64,000 bases of DNA. It comes from a virus. The number at the start of each line of letters is the position of its first letter. Position 1 is the stretch's first letter. Below the pieces are notes generated by a model. The model was given only the letters and a program-made list of their open reading frames with translations, was not told the DNA's origin and ran no database searches. Made by a program: the position numbers and the translations under genes. Below, in pieces: positions 1 through 9,904 of the stretch. The stretch is from IMG/VR virus record IMGVR_UViG_3300045971_001064, positions 11,256-75,255 of that record. One strand, given 5' to 3'.

Positions 1-106
1 CACTCGGTGGAACGAGAAGAAGGTCCTGCGAGTCATCAACGTAGGGGTCGACGTGCGAAGGTACAGGCCTGTGACGCTTGAAGAACTGCGTGCGGCCGGG
101 CCCTAA
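1..106 (+). CDS. 3' end of a gene running in from the left, resembling a metallophosphoesterase C-terminus
   Basis: Frame 2 reads TRWNEKKVLRVINVGVDVRRYRPVTLEELRAAGP*. INVGVD..Y.PV.LEE is typical of phage calcineurin-like phosphoesterase C-termini. Partial. Confidence 0.45.
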   Translation, partial: TRWNEKKVLRVINVGVDVRRYRPVTLEELRAAGP

Positions 107-111
107 TCTAG
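104..111 (+). promoter_or_regulatory. Putative late promoter TAATCTAG
   Basis: Exact motif 25 nt upstream of ATG 136; recurs before most + strand islands. Confidence 0.6.
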
Positions 112-135
112 GCTGTAGACCTCGGAGGTCCCTCC

Positions 136-714
136 ATGCTGCTGTCTGCTCGAATCCTCAACAACGTCGTGGACGTGAACACCTTCGAGGTGTGCATGAC
201 CCTCGAACTCACGCAGGGCGACGCGCCCACCATCTACTTCGCCCTCATCGACGCCTCGGTCAACAAGCACAAGGACCCGCACGGCCAGCGCTACGTGGCC
301 CCGAGCGACGCGACCCTGAAGGTGGTCTTGCAGGACATCAACACCGCGGTGACGCTGACCAAGTACGCGACACGCCCCTTCCCCGGCGACCAGAGCATCT
401 GGTCCATCTCCTTCAACCCGGTGACCGACGCCACGTCCATGGCAAGCCTGCTCGGCACCTACGCGCTCAAGCTGACCCTGACCGAGCCCGGCACGACCCT
501 CCCGGCCGCGTGGTCTGCCACGACCGTCTACGCCCTCGACGACCTCGTGTCCTACAGCGGGGGGCTGTTCCGCTCGTTCCAGAGCCTCAACCTCAACAAC
601 ACGCCGGGCGAGGTGGCCATCTGGTGGGTGCAGATGAACACCGTCAACACCAAGGTCATCTCGGGCTTCGTCTCGCAGGCCATCTCCATCGCGCGCTCGT
701 CGCCGGAGTTCTAG
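136..714 (+). CDS. Putative virion protein with an inserted CBM5/12-like carbohydrate-binding module
   Basis: Contains AWSATTVYALDDLVSYSGGLFRS...NTPG....WW; high-GC codon usage; lies in a structural island. Confidence 0.55.
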   Translation: MLLSARILNNVVDVNTFEVCMTLELTQGDAPTIYFALIDASVNKHKDPHGQRYVAPSDATLKVVLQDINTAVTLTKYATRPFPGDQSIWSISFNPVTDATSMASLLGTYALKLTLTEPGTTLPAAWSATTVYALDDLVSYSGGLFRSFQSLNLNNTPGEVAIWWVQMNTVNTKVISGFVSQAISIARSSPEF

Positions 715-717
715 GCC

Positions 718-1602
718 ATGGCCATCTTCACCACCCCATCACCTCCGGGCTCGGTCGGCTACGGTGCTGGCGACAAGGTCAAGGTCGGCTCCGAGTACGA
801 CAACGCCGTCGACGCGCAGGCGGCAGTCACCCGCGTCGAGCCGCTCATCACCGTCGACCAGTTGAAGGACCGCTACCTCTTCGGCATCCCGCTCGTGGCG
901 CCTCTGCCCGACCCGCTCACCAAGAAGCGCGCGGTCATGTCGGATGAGATGCTGAGGGACGCCATCGTTCGCGCGGTGAGCACCGTCGAGGCGGCCATCG
1001 GGGCTGGCTTCCACATCATCCCCACCCAGATTCAGCGCCGCCTGCCCTTCGACCGCGCCGAGTACATGTCGCTGGGGTTCTTCCGCATCCCTGAGACACC
1101 CATCCTCCGCGTCTCGGAGTTGAAGGTGAAGACGGCCGACGGCGCCGGAGTCTACGAGGTGCCGTGCAACTGGCTCGACCCGGGCCAGTTCAAGAAGGGC
1201 CAGATTTCCGTCATCCCCCTCATGCCCGCCAGCCTCTACGGCGGCAGCGCACTGCCCGCCTCCTCCGGCGGCGCGGCGTGGATTGCCATCCTCGGCAACA
1301 TGGGCTGGGTGGCGTCGTACTGGACGCTGACGGCCATCGTGGGCTTCGAGGAAGGGCACATCCCGATGCAGGTGAACGAGGCCGTCGGCCTCACCGCCGC
1401 CATCGACGTCCTCGGCAAGCTCGCCGCACTCTACCGCGTCCAGAGCTACAGCACCGGGCTCGACTCGGCCAGCCAGTCCGTCAGCACAGCCGGTGTCGCC
1501 CTGTACGACAACGCCATCCAGCGCATGCAGGATGAGTTGAAGAGCAAGGTGAACCAGTTGAAGGGCCGCTACTACAAGCGCATCTTCGTCGACAACGTCT
1601 AG
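718..1602 (+). CDS. Putative head-tail adaptor / head completion protein
   Basis: N-terminal helix DEMLRDAIVRAVSTVEAAIG, a beta-rich insert, and a C-terminal LDSASQSVS..helix layout typical of myovirus adaptors. Confidence 0.5.
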   Translation: MAIFTTPSPPGSVGYGAGDKVKVGSEYDNAVDAQAAVTRVEPLITVDQLKDRYLFGIPLVAPLPDPLTKKRAVMSDEMLRDAIVRAVSTVEAAIGAGFHIIPTQIQRRLPFDRAEYMSLGFFRIPETPILRVSELKVKTADGAGVYEVPCNWLDPGQFKKGQISVIPLMPASLYGGSALPASSGGAAWIAILGNMGWVASYWTLTAIVGFEEGHIPMQVNEAVGLTAAIDVLGKLAALYRVQSYSTGLDSASQSVSTAGVALYDNAIQRMQDELKSKVNQLKGRYYKRIFVDNV

Positions 1603-1611
1603 AGGCCTCGC

Positions 1612-4600
1612 GTGAGCAACGGCTACTGGGTGTCCAAATGCGGCCTTCGAGTGCCGAAGGCCGACAACCCGCTGCGCAAGCAGTGGGACGCCGCCTATCT
1701 TGCGCGCGTGTCCGACTACTTCGGCGACAAGGACCGCGACCTCGTCCCCGCCCACATCCCGGTCTCGAAGCTCATCGGCGGCCATGGCGCCAGCGCCGAC
1801 AACAGCCGCGGCCAGTTCTACGTCCGCCTCCTGAAGCTCGGTGAGCGCATCCCGCCCATCGTGGTCTCGGAGATGGGTGACGGCAACTACCACGTCCTCG
1901 ACGGCAACCACCGCGTCGCCGCGGCTCAGGTCTCAGGCACCTCGCACCTGCACGCGCTCGTCATCAAGGACAAGAAGGGCGCCAAGCCGCGCTCGACCTC
2001 GCCCCACGTCTTCACCGGCACCAAGGTCAAGAAGCTGGGCGCGAAGCCGATGAAGAAGAGCGAGGGGGCCGACATCCTCGACCTCTCGAAGCACGAGCGC
2101 GAGGTCCCGCCCGAGTTGCCTCAGCGCATCATCCACGCTCTCTGGGCCATCCGCCAGCCGGGCGTGCTGACCGACGAGCTTCGCCAGCCCCAGTACCGCT
2201 CCAACCCCGACCCGTTCGCTGGGCACTGCTTCGTCGCGACCAACGCGCTCTACCACCTCATCGACGGCCCGAAGACCGGCTGGAGCATGAAGTGCATCCA
2301 CAAGGAGCACATGGAGGGGCTGGCGGACGACTCGCACTGGTTCCTCCAGCACAAGAAGACGGGCCACATCATCGACCCGACCGCGGACCAGTTCGACTCG
2401 GTGCCGCCGTACGAGAAGGCCGTGTCGAAGGGCACCAGCCAGACCGGCGAGGACGTGGGCAAGCCGACTCAGCGCGCCGAGAAGGTCATCAAGCGCGCGA
2501 GGGCTGTGATGGCTGGCGAGCCGCTGACCAAGGGCGAAGAGGAGATGGAGAAGGCCGAGTCGAGCCCCGAGTTCGAGTCGTGGTTCTCGGGCTCGAAGGC
2601 TGTCGACCACGAGGGCAAGCCGCTGAAGTTCTTCCACGGCACCTCGAAGGACAGGGACTTCCACACCTTCAAGACGGGCCAGCGTGGCGCGTGGTTCACT
2701 GACGACCCCGAGGAGGCCAGCCTCTACGCGGACCAGAACGACAGCCGCGGGGCCAAGCTCGACCGCTACACGATGCAGTACAAGGAGCACAACACCGCGG
2801 GCCGCGTCATCCCGGTGCACCTGTCCATCAAGAACCCCTACACGCCGAGCTTCGAGGAGTTCAAGGAGATGAAGCACGCCCAGAACTACGCTTGGGCGCA
2901 GCGGAAGCTCTTCGAGAAGGCGAAGCTGGCAGGGCACGACGGCGCCAACATGGGCGCTGGCATCTGGGTCGCCTTCAACCCGAACCAAATCAAGTCGGTC
3001 TTCAACACCAAGCCGACTCAGCACCTCGCCATCCACAAGGCGGAACTCGCCAAGGCCATCGCCCCCGGCACGCAGACGGGCAGCTTCAACAAGGACGTCG
3101 CGCAGGAGTGGGACTACAGCCACCTGCTGCCCCAGCACGCGCGTGACGAGGGCTACCGCATCCGCCTCATCGCCCACAAGTACAAGGGCGGCGCGGGCAA
3201 CAGCGGCCACGTGCAGGTCCTCGCTCGCCAGACCGTCGACGGCCGCACTCGGCATGTTGGTGCGACGACCGGCCACTTCGACGGCGGGACCGTGCTGGTG
3301 CGTGACGCGCTGGTGGAGGAGAAGGACCGTGGCGCCAGCCGACGCAAGGCCGGGAAGAAGCCGCTCGGCGTGGGCACGGCGCTGTACGAGGCGCTCTACG
3401 CGCACGCTCGTGCTCAGCTTGGCTGCACCGCCGCCGAGGGCGACATCCACTCGACCTCCGCCCACAACGTGCACCGCAAGCTGTCGCGGAAGCACGGGCT
3501 CACCTACGAAGGCAAGCCGAACATCAGGCGCACTGGCGGCCTCGGGTACCGCGACATGGACGAGTGGCGTGAGACTCCTGCCTCCGACCACGACGGCAAG
3601 TACGAGGAGTACGGCTACCGGCTGCCCGACGTCCTTGAGCCGAAGCAGACGAACAGCTTCGCCGAGCACAAGCTCCCCGGCTCGCTGCACGCTGAGGGCT
3701 ACCGGCTCAACATCTCCCACAGCCCCGACACGACCATCGGCACCATCCACCGCCACGGCGAGGTCCTCGGCCACATCGAGTTGACGCCCAAGGGCCACGC
3801 CTTCGAGGAGTGGACGGGCGAGAACAACCGGACCGGGCTCAGCGACGCCGTGCTGTCCGTGCTCCGCGGCCACATGGGAGGCGAGGCCGGGCACGACGAG
3901 TGGAATAACGCCTCCAAGCCCGAGCAGATGATGAAGGCTGAGCAGGTCGACCTCACCGACTTGCTCAAGGCCATCCGCCCCACGAAGCAGGTCAAGTTCG
4001 ACAAGCTGCCCGAGCCTCCCACTGGCAGGCGCCCCGACAGCACCCGCCCGCCTCTGCCCGGCTACAAGGCGCAGCCGTACGGCAGCGATAAGAACAACAC
4101 CTTCGACTACAGCCACCTCCTGCCGAAGGAGTTCCAAGGCAAGTACCGCATCTACGTCCACACCACGGACTACACTGGCGAGAAGGGCCACGAGCGTCAG
4201 TCCACGGTCACAGTTCACCGCGCGCCGCAGCCCGGGCCCACGCCCGTCGACATGGCTGCTCGCGAGCCCATCCTGACCGCCTACGGCAACCACATCAAGG
4301 TGCCGACCAACAACATCCGCACCGAGGGGCTGTACAGGCAGGCCATCCAGCCGCACATCATGCCTCTCACGGACCGTCGCGCTGCGGGCATCACCCCGTA
4401 CGCCATGATGGCCCTGCTGGCTCACGCGCGCAACAACCACGGCATCAAGATGCTCGACATCCCTGAGCACACGCCTGCGGCCTCCAACATGATTCGCCGC
4501 TACTTGGGGCTCATCGGCGCCAAGTACGAGGGGCAGCAGGTCCCGAACCCCCAGCACGGCGATGCCCAGTACGACCCCTTCGTCCGCGACCCCGAGCACA

Positions 4601-7600
4601 TGTTCACGGGCCAGCGGGTCATGCTGAAGGCCGAGGACATCGGACCGGCGGACGGCAGCCACATCACCGCCCCGCACCAGAGCTACGTCCACGGCGCCGC
4701 GGCCAAGCCCTTCGGCACCGAGTACGAGGGCGGCAAGAACGTCTGGGGACGCAACCACCCGGGCAAGAGCAACAAGGGTCGCACGCTGATGGTCCAGTTC
4801 TCCTCCGACCTGCTTCAGGGCGGGCGAAAGAAGGATGAGGCGGACCAGTACTACGACAAGCTCTACTCGAAGCGCGAGGGCTACCACCGGGGACAGGATT
4901 TCTGGGAGGTGCCGCAGTGGCAGGCTCACATGGCGCACTCGATGCCGAACGCCGACCACTACACGGTGCGCGACCCCGAGGAGGCCATCAAGTTCATGGG
5001 CGCGGCGGGCTACGACCACGTGGCCTTCTCCGCTCTCGACGTCAACAAGGACTTCGTCCGTCGCCTCGCTGAGGGCGCTCCTGACCAGCACGTCGTCGTC
5101 GGCGGCTACACGGACATGGCGCACTTCGGGGACCTGAAGAACGTCTCCGTGCACCCGAGCATCAAGAGCTTCGTCGAGTCCGAGGGCCACACCTACCAGC
5201 CCGGCTACGACTACCGGCACTTCACCGGGATGAAGACCATCCCGCGCCTGACCCTGAGCGACGGCTGCCGCCACCAGTGCACCTTCTGCTGCGTGCCCAA
5301 GCAGGTCAACGAGAAGACCCGAGAGGAGATTCTCCAGCAGGCCGACAGCTTCGCCACGCACCTGCCCAGCGACCTCATCTACCTGAACGACAAGACCTTC
5401 GGGCAAGCGAAGAACCACGCGATGCTGCCGGAAATCTACCAGCGCATCAAGGCGAAGAACCCCGGCTTCAAGGGCTTCATCATCCAGACGACCGCGGCGC
5501 AGATGAAGCGCTTCACGCCCGAGTACATGAAGCAGGCGGGCATCAAGCACGTGGAGCTTGGCGTGGAGTCGGTCAACGACCCCATCCTCAAGGCCCACAA
5601 GAAGCCCGCCACCGAGGCCATCATCGAGGACGCCGCCAACAAGGTGCGCGCCGCCGGGGCCAGCCTCATCCCGAACATCATGGTCGGCCTGCCGGGCGAG
5701 GACCGCACCACGTACGCGCGGACGCTGGGCTGGCTCCAGAAGCACCGCGACATCATCAGCCACGTGAACGCCTACAACCTCGCCCTCTACGACGACAGCG
5801 AGCTTGGGAAGAAGCTCCAAGTCATCAACGCGGCCGACCGTGACGAGAACGTGCAGCAGAAGTCGTGGCACACCGACCCGCAGGCGCACGCCGACTTCGC
5901 GAAGGCGCTCTTCGGGTTCGCCAACGGCCAGTTGGACCAGCCCATCGGCCACACGCAGTTGGTGAAGTTCGAGGACCTCGTCCTGCTGGACCTCAAGAAG
6001 AACCAGCCCCTCCCCGGCCACGAGCAGGTCGGCGAGCAGCTTGGGTCGAACCCGGGCGGCGTCTACCAGCACAAGAAGACCGGTAAGCAGTACTACGTGA
6101 AGTTCGCGCCGACCAACGACCACGCGCACAACGAGCACCTCGCCTTCCACCTGTACCAAGCGGCTGGCGTCCCGACCCCGAACGTCTCGCTGGTCGAGCA
6201 CCAGAAGGGCAAGCTCGCCACCACCTCCGAGATGCTCCCGGCCGTGGACCTTGAGACCAACGCGGACTACCACAACGCGGCCCAGCACTTCGGGGCTCAT
6301 GCGTGGCTGGCCAACTGGGACGCGCTCGTCTCGGGCAACACGGTGAACGTCGAAGGCGTGCCCCACACCATCGACGCTGGCGGCGCTCTCCAGTACCGCG
6401 CCATGGGCGGGCCCAAGGGCAACCTCTTCGGCACTCAGGTCGGCGAGTTCAGCACGATGCGCGACCTGAAGATGAACGGCGCCGCTCGCGCCTTCCAGCG
6501 CCTGTCCCCTGACGAGGTCGCTGCCTCGGTCGCTCGTGTCGGCAACGTCTCGGACCAGACCATCGACGAGTTGGTGCGCGCCTATGGCCCCGTCGAGAAG
6601 GAGAAGGCGGAGTGGCTGGCCAGCACCCTGAAGGCCCGCAAGCAGCACCTGCTCGCTCAGGCTCACGCTGAGACCGGCATCAAGCCGCTGGGGAAGGCGG
6701 AGGGCCCGCACCCGTACTTCGCCGCGGCTGACGAGGCTCCGACGAACGAGGGCATCGAGGCGGCTGAGCAGGCCTACCACGGCGGCGTGGCCAACCTCGG
6801 CGACCCGGACGCGGCCCACCACATTCAGGGCATGGGCGGGTACTTCGACTACCGCTCGCACTTGGAGAACGCCGCGCACCAGCACCTCGGTGCCGAGTTC
6901 CCGGTGTGGCGCAACATGTCGGTCGAGCAGTACCGCGGCTGGCGCAACGGTGAGAACGTCGGGCCGGTGAGCGTCACCCTGAACCCCGACGTGGCGCGCA
7001 ACTGGAGCAAGCTCGCAGCGGTCAAGGGCGAGCGCTCGGTGGTGCAGTTGAAGGCTACGCCCGCCTCCATCCTGATGCGCGGCCGTCCCGAGGAGCACGA
7101 GTTGGTCATCGACGGCGACCAAGTCGAGCTTCCCATGGCCAAGGCTCAGGCCTTCATGAAGAGCCCCGCCTTCCGACACATCGCCTCAGGCAAGGTCGTG
7201 GCGACGCCCGTCTTCCACGACACCGCGCACTTGGGTCGCGTGGCGAAGCTGAAGTTCGACAAGGAGAACGACGAGTACCCCGAGGCATACACGCACTGGG
7301 AGGCGGGCTTCCTCGACCACGCTGGCAACTTCTTCAACCGCGAGGACGCGCTCAGGGCCGTCAGCACTTCCAAGACCCCCTCCTCGACCATCAGCGCCGC
7401 GATGCAGGCCGACGGCGGCTTGGAGTCGACGCAGTACGCCGCGGGCCAGAGCAAGGGCATCTTCAAGGCTGAGGTCGACCGCCACGACCCTGTCTCCTGC
7501 GTCGTCATGGTGCAGGACGCGCTGGGCCGCACTCTCTGGGGCAAGCGCAAGGACGGCAAGTACACGATGCCCGCCGGTCACGCCAACCAGAACGAGTTGC

Positions 7601-9627
7601 CTCCCGACTGCGCCAAGCGCGAGTTGATGGAGGAGGCGGGCCTGAAGGCTGAGGCGCTCTGGCTCATCGGCTCCGCCAACGGCAACGAGGGCCCTGTCCA
7701 CGTCTACCACGCCGTCAGCCACGGCAAGGCGTGCACCGACCTCGACCCGGACCGCGAGATGGCTTCGTGGGAGTGGGTCGACTGCCTTCGCGGCCCGCCT
7801 CCGCACATCACCGCCAACCTCGCCCACAACCCCAACGCCGTCTACGCGCTCATGGGCTGGGAGCAGCCGCTGGCGAAGGGCGCCATGCAGCGCGTCGCCC
7901 CGATGAAGCACCCGCCGAACAAGAACCCGTCGTACCCTGACCCGAGGATGCTGCACAACTGGCAGGAGGGCGCGGAAGACGTCCCTTCCGACGGCCGCAA
8001 CAGCATCAAGCCCATGGCTGGCCCAGTGTTGGCGCGCGGCCTTCACAGGCTGCACGGTCACACTCAGGTCCGACGCAGCGCTGAGACCGGCGAGCGCGAG
8101 TTCCTCCTGCACCGCGGCGTGGGCGCTCTGGAGTACAGCCTCGGTGACCGAGGGCCCGGCAGCTTCGCTCCCAACGAACTGTCTTCGTGGACGCCTCACC
8201 GCGATGTCGCTGAGCGGTTCTCTCGTAACGTAGTGACGGCTTGGATTCCCGAGGGGCACATCCATGCTCTGGGCTCCATGAACCCGTGGAGCAATGACTC
8301 GGACCTGAAGAGGGAGAGCGAGGTCATCGTCCGCCCGGGGCAGTTCGAGCGGCACCAGCCTGCGATGGCCAAGTCCGAGGACGACGAGCAGGAAGCTCCT
8401 CCTCGTCCGCCGCCCGACCGCAGCTACGAGCGCCGCTTCCCTCTGCCTGAGTACTCGCACTTCGGGCCGAAGAACATCCACAAGCAGTGGAAGAACACCC
8501 AGTACCTCGACGAGCCCAGCAGGGAGAACCCGGGCGAGCGCAAGAGCATCTGGGACCTCGACCAGCGCGACATCGACCCAATCCGCGAGATGGACTTCAA
8601 GAGGAACGCTCCGCACCTGAGCACCATCTCGAAGGCCGTCCACAAGATGGTGGGCGGGACCAAGGCGTACTCCTCCGACCGGATTCACGACTTCATCGTC
8701 GACTCCGACCTGCCTTCGCAGAGTGAGCACCCCGACTTCCCCGGCACGTTCACTTCTCAGGCCTTCCACAGCGACACCGGCAACCACATCGCGAAGGAGG
8801 ACGCCAAGCGGCTCGCGTACCTCTTCGGCGACGACGAGGCGGTGAGCCACAAGGACTCCGTCCCCTCCTTCAAGATGGCTCTGCACGAGATGATGCACGG
8901 CGCGTCCGGCCAGTACAAGTACGACACGCACGACCGCCGCTTCATCGAGGAGGCGACGACCGAGGTGCTGGCTCAGCACTACATGCCGCAGGTCCTCAAG
9001 CACTCGCACGACATCGACCTCAGCTACTACGGCGGCGGCCATGAGAACCCTCTGGTCCGCATCGACTCGAAGACCGGCGAGACCTACCTCGACCGGCCCG
9101 TGTCCTACCACGGCTGGGTGGACAAGTTCGCGAAGGTCGTGGCTCACATCGAAGGACTCGACGAGCCCGCCAAGCTCGACGAGACCGGGCACTACAGCGG
9201 CGACGAGCACGACGAGAAGGAGCGCAAGCTCAGCCACATGGTCGCGTGGTACGCCCTCAAGATGAAGCAGATGGGGCATCACGAGTCCTCGCGCTCGACT
9301 TGGTTGCAGCAGATGTGGATTCACAGGAAGCTGGGCGTCAGCCCGCCCGCGGTCGCCGTCTCGCATCCGTACTACGGCATCCGCAATCGTCTCCACGACC
9401 TCGCCTTCGACCCCATCGGGAAGCACTACGTCTTCAATGCGGAGACCAACAAGCACGAGGAGGTCGACCCGCCGCGCGGCATCTTCCACCACTCGCGCGA
9501 GGTCACCCGGGACACCCTAAAGGCCATCACCGAAGAGCTTGCCAAGACGCACCGGCTGAGCTATGTTAGGGTGAGCGACCCCGGCTACGAGGCCGCCAAC
9601 CCGGAGAAGGACCCTTATGCCCCGTAA
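1612..9627 (+). CDS. Giant polyvalent polyprotein (2671 aa): ParB-like, papain-like, ART, 2-3 GNAT-like, B12/radical SAM, HipA/PI3-4K-like kinase, ART, unknown, Nudix, ART, zincin
   Basis: Motifs in order: VLDGNHR; GHC..SHW..IDPTADQF; FHGT..GAWFT..VHL.IKNP..AFNPNQIKS; GVGTALY; CxxxCxxC with VELGVES and GLPGED; YYVK..NEH..NWD..IDAG; WRN..SVT..EEHELV; Nudix box GHANQNE...RELMEEAGL; HRG..SSW..ESEVIV; HEMMH..EE. GTG start with GAGG upstream. Confidence 0.8.
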   Translation: MSNGYWVSKCGLRVPKADNPLRKQWDAAYLARVSDYFGDKDRDLVPAHIPVSKLIGGHGASADNSRGQFYVRLLKLGERIPPIVVSEMGDGNYHVLDGNHRVAAAQVSGTSHLHALVIKDKKGAKPRSTSPHVFTGTKVKKLGAKPMKKSEGADILDLSKHEREVPPELPQRIIHALWAIRQPGVLTDELRQPQYRSNPDPFAGHCFVATNALYHLIDGPKTGWSMKCIHKEHMEGLADDSHWFLQHKKTGHIIDPTADQFDSVPPYEKAVSKGTSQTGEDVGKPTQRAEKVIKRARAVMAGEPLTKGEEEMEKAESSPEFESWFSGSKAVDHEGKPLKFFHGTSKDRDFHTFKTGQRGAWFTDDPEEASLYADQNDSRGAKLDRYTMQYKEHNTAGRVIPVHLSIKNPYTPSFEEFKEMKHAQNYAWAQRKLFEKAKLAGHDGANMGAGIWVAFNPNQIKSVFNTKPTQHLAIHKAELAKAIAPGTQTGSFNKDVAQEWDYSHLLPQHARDEGYRIRLIAHKYKGGAGNSGHVQVLARQTVDGRTRHVGATTGHFDGGTVLVRDALVEEKDRGASRRKAGKKPLGVGTALYEALYAHARAQLGCTAAEGDIHSTSAHNVHRKLSRKHGLTYEGKPNIRRTGGLGYRDMDEWRETPASDHDGKYEEYGYRLPDVLEPKQTNSFAEHKLPGSLHAEGYRLNISHSPDTTIGTIHRHGEVLGHIELTPKGHAFEEWTGENNRTGLSDAVLSVLRGHMGGEAGHDEWNNASKPEQMMKAEQVDLTDLLKAIRPTKQVKFDKLPEPPTGRRPDSTRPPLPGYKAQPYGSDKNNTFDYSHLLPKEFQGKYRIYVHTTDYTGEKGHERQSTVTVHRAPQPGPTPVDMAAREPILTAYGNHIKVPTNNIRTEGLYRQAIQPHIMPLTDRRAAGITPYAMMALLAHARNNHGIKMLDIPEHTPAASNMIRRYLGLIGAKYEGQQVPNPQHGDAQYDPFVRDPEHMFTGQRVMLKAEDIGPADGSHITAPHQSYVHGAAAKPFGTEYEGGKNVWGRNHPGKSNKGRTLMVQFSSDLLQGGRKKDEADQYYDKLYSKREGYHRGQDFWEVPQWQAHMAHSMPNADHYTVRDPEEAIKFMGAAGYDHVAFSALDVNKDFVRRLAEGAPDQHVVVGGYTDMAHFGDLKNVSVHPSIKSFVESEGHTYQPGYDYRHFTGMKTIPRLTLSDGCRHQCTFCCVPKQVNEKTREEILQQADSFATHLPSDLIYLNDKTFGQAKNHAMLPEIYQRIKAKNPGFKGFIIQTTAAQMKRFTPEYMKQAGIKHVELGVESVNDPILKAHKKPATEAIIEDAANKVRAAGASLIPNIMVGLPGEDRTTYARTLGWLQKHRDIISHVNAYNLALYDDSELGKKLQVINAADRDENVQQKSWHTDPQAHADFAKALFGFANGQLDQPIGHTQLVKFEDLVLLDLKKNQPLPGHEQVGEQLGSNPGGVYQHKKTGKQYYVKFAPTNDHAHNEHLAFHLYQAAGVPTPNVSLVEHQKGKLATTSEMLPAVDLETNADYHNAAQHFGAHAWLANWDALVSGNTVNVEGVPHTIDAGGALQYRAMGGPKGNLFGTQVGEFSTMRDLKMNGAARAFQRLSPDEVAASVARVGNVSDQTIDELVRAYGPVEKEKAEWLASTLKARKQHLLAQAHAETGIKPLGKAEGPHPYFAAADEAPTNEGIEAAEQAYHGGVANLGDPDAAHHIQGMGGYFDYRSHLENAAHQHLGAEFPVWRNMSVEQYRGWRNGENVGPVSVTLNPDVARNWSKLAAVKGERSVVQLKATPASILMRGRPEEHELVIDGDQVELPMAKAQAFMKSPAFRHIASGKVVATPVFHDTAHLGRVAKLKFDKENDEYPEAYTHWEAGFLDHAGNFFNREDALRAVSTSKTPSSTISAAMQADGGLESTQYAAGQSKGIFKAEVDRHDPVSCVVMVQDALGRTLWGKRKDGKYTMPAGHANQNELPPDCAKRELMEEAGLKAEALWLIGSANGNEGPVHVYHAVSHGKACTDLDPDREMASWEWVDCLRGPPPHITANLAHNPNAVYALMGWEQPLAKGAMQRVAPMKHPPNKNPSYPDPRMLHNWQEGAEDVPSDGRNSIKPMAGPVLARGLHRLHGHTQVRRSAETGEREFLLHRGVGALEYSLGDRGPGSFAPNELSSWTPHRDVAERFSRNVVTAWIPEGHIHALGSMNPWSNDSDLKRESEVIVRPGQFERHQPAMAKSEDDEQEAPPRPPPDRSYERRFPLPEYSHFGPKNIHKQWKNTQYLDEPSRENPGERKSIWDLDQRDIDPIREMDFKRNAPHLSTISKAVHKMVGGTKAYSSDRIHDFIVDSDLPSQSEHPDFPGTFTSQAFHSDTGNHIAKEDAKRLAYLFGDDEAVSHKDSVPSFKMALHEMMHGASGQYKYDTHDRRFIEEATTEVLAQHYMPQVLKHSHDIDLSYYGGGHENPLVRIDSKTGETYLDRPVSYHGWVDKFAKVVAHIEGLDEPAKLDETGHYSGDEHDEKERKLSHMVAWYALKMKQMGHHESSRSTWLQQMWIHRKLGVSPPAVAVSHPYYGIRNRLHDLAFDPIGKHYVFNAETNKHEEVDPPRGIFHHSREVTRDTLKAITEELAKTHRLSYVRVSDPGYEAANPEKDPYAP

Positions 9628-9847
9628 GGACTACCGCACGCTCATCGCCGCCGAAGCGGTCGTCATGGAGCCGCGCTCGACGGCCGAGCAGGTCAAGGCT
9701 GCAATCGCCTCGGTCGACGCACTCGGGGACCGCGAGCAGTCGGTCGCCATCCGCCAGACCCTCACGCACGAGGCCCACCACCGCGCAGACGCCCCGGGGA
9801 ACGACGCAGAGGGCTCGGACGAGGCCTCGGAGGGGTCCGGCCACTAG
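9617..9847 (+). CDS. Hypothetical protein
   Basis: Overlaps the upstream stop; plausible codon usage. Confidence 0.45.
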   Translation: MPRKDYRTLIAAEAVVMEPRSTAEQVKAAIASVDALGDREQSVAIRQTLTHEAHHRADAPGNDAEGSDEASEGSGH

Positions 9848-9893
9848 AATCGCTCCACGGGGCACGCAGGAAGTCTGGCGCGGCTTGGCGAGG

Positions 9894-9904
9894 CGTGCTA
9901 GGAT
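9894..9904 (+). promoter_or_regulatory. Extended -10 promoter CGTGC-TAGGAT
   Basis: Same CGTGCTA core as eight - strand promoters. Confidence 0.45.
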
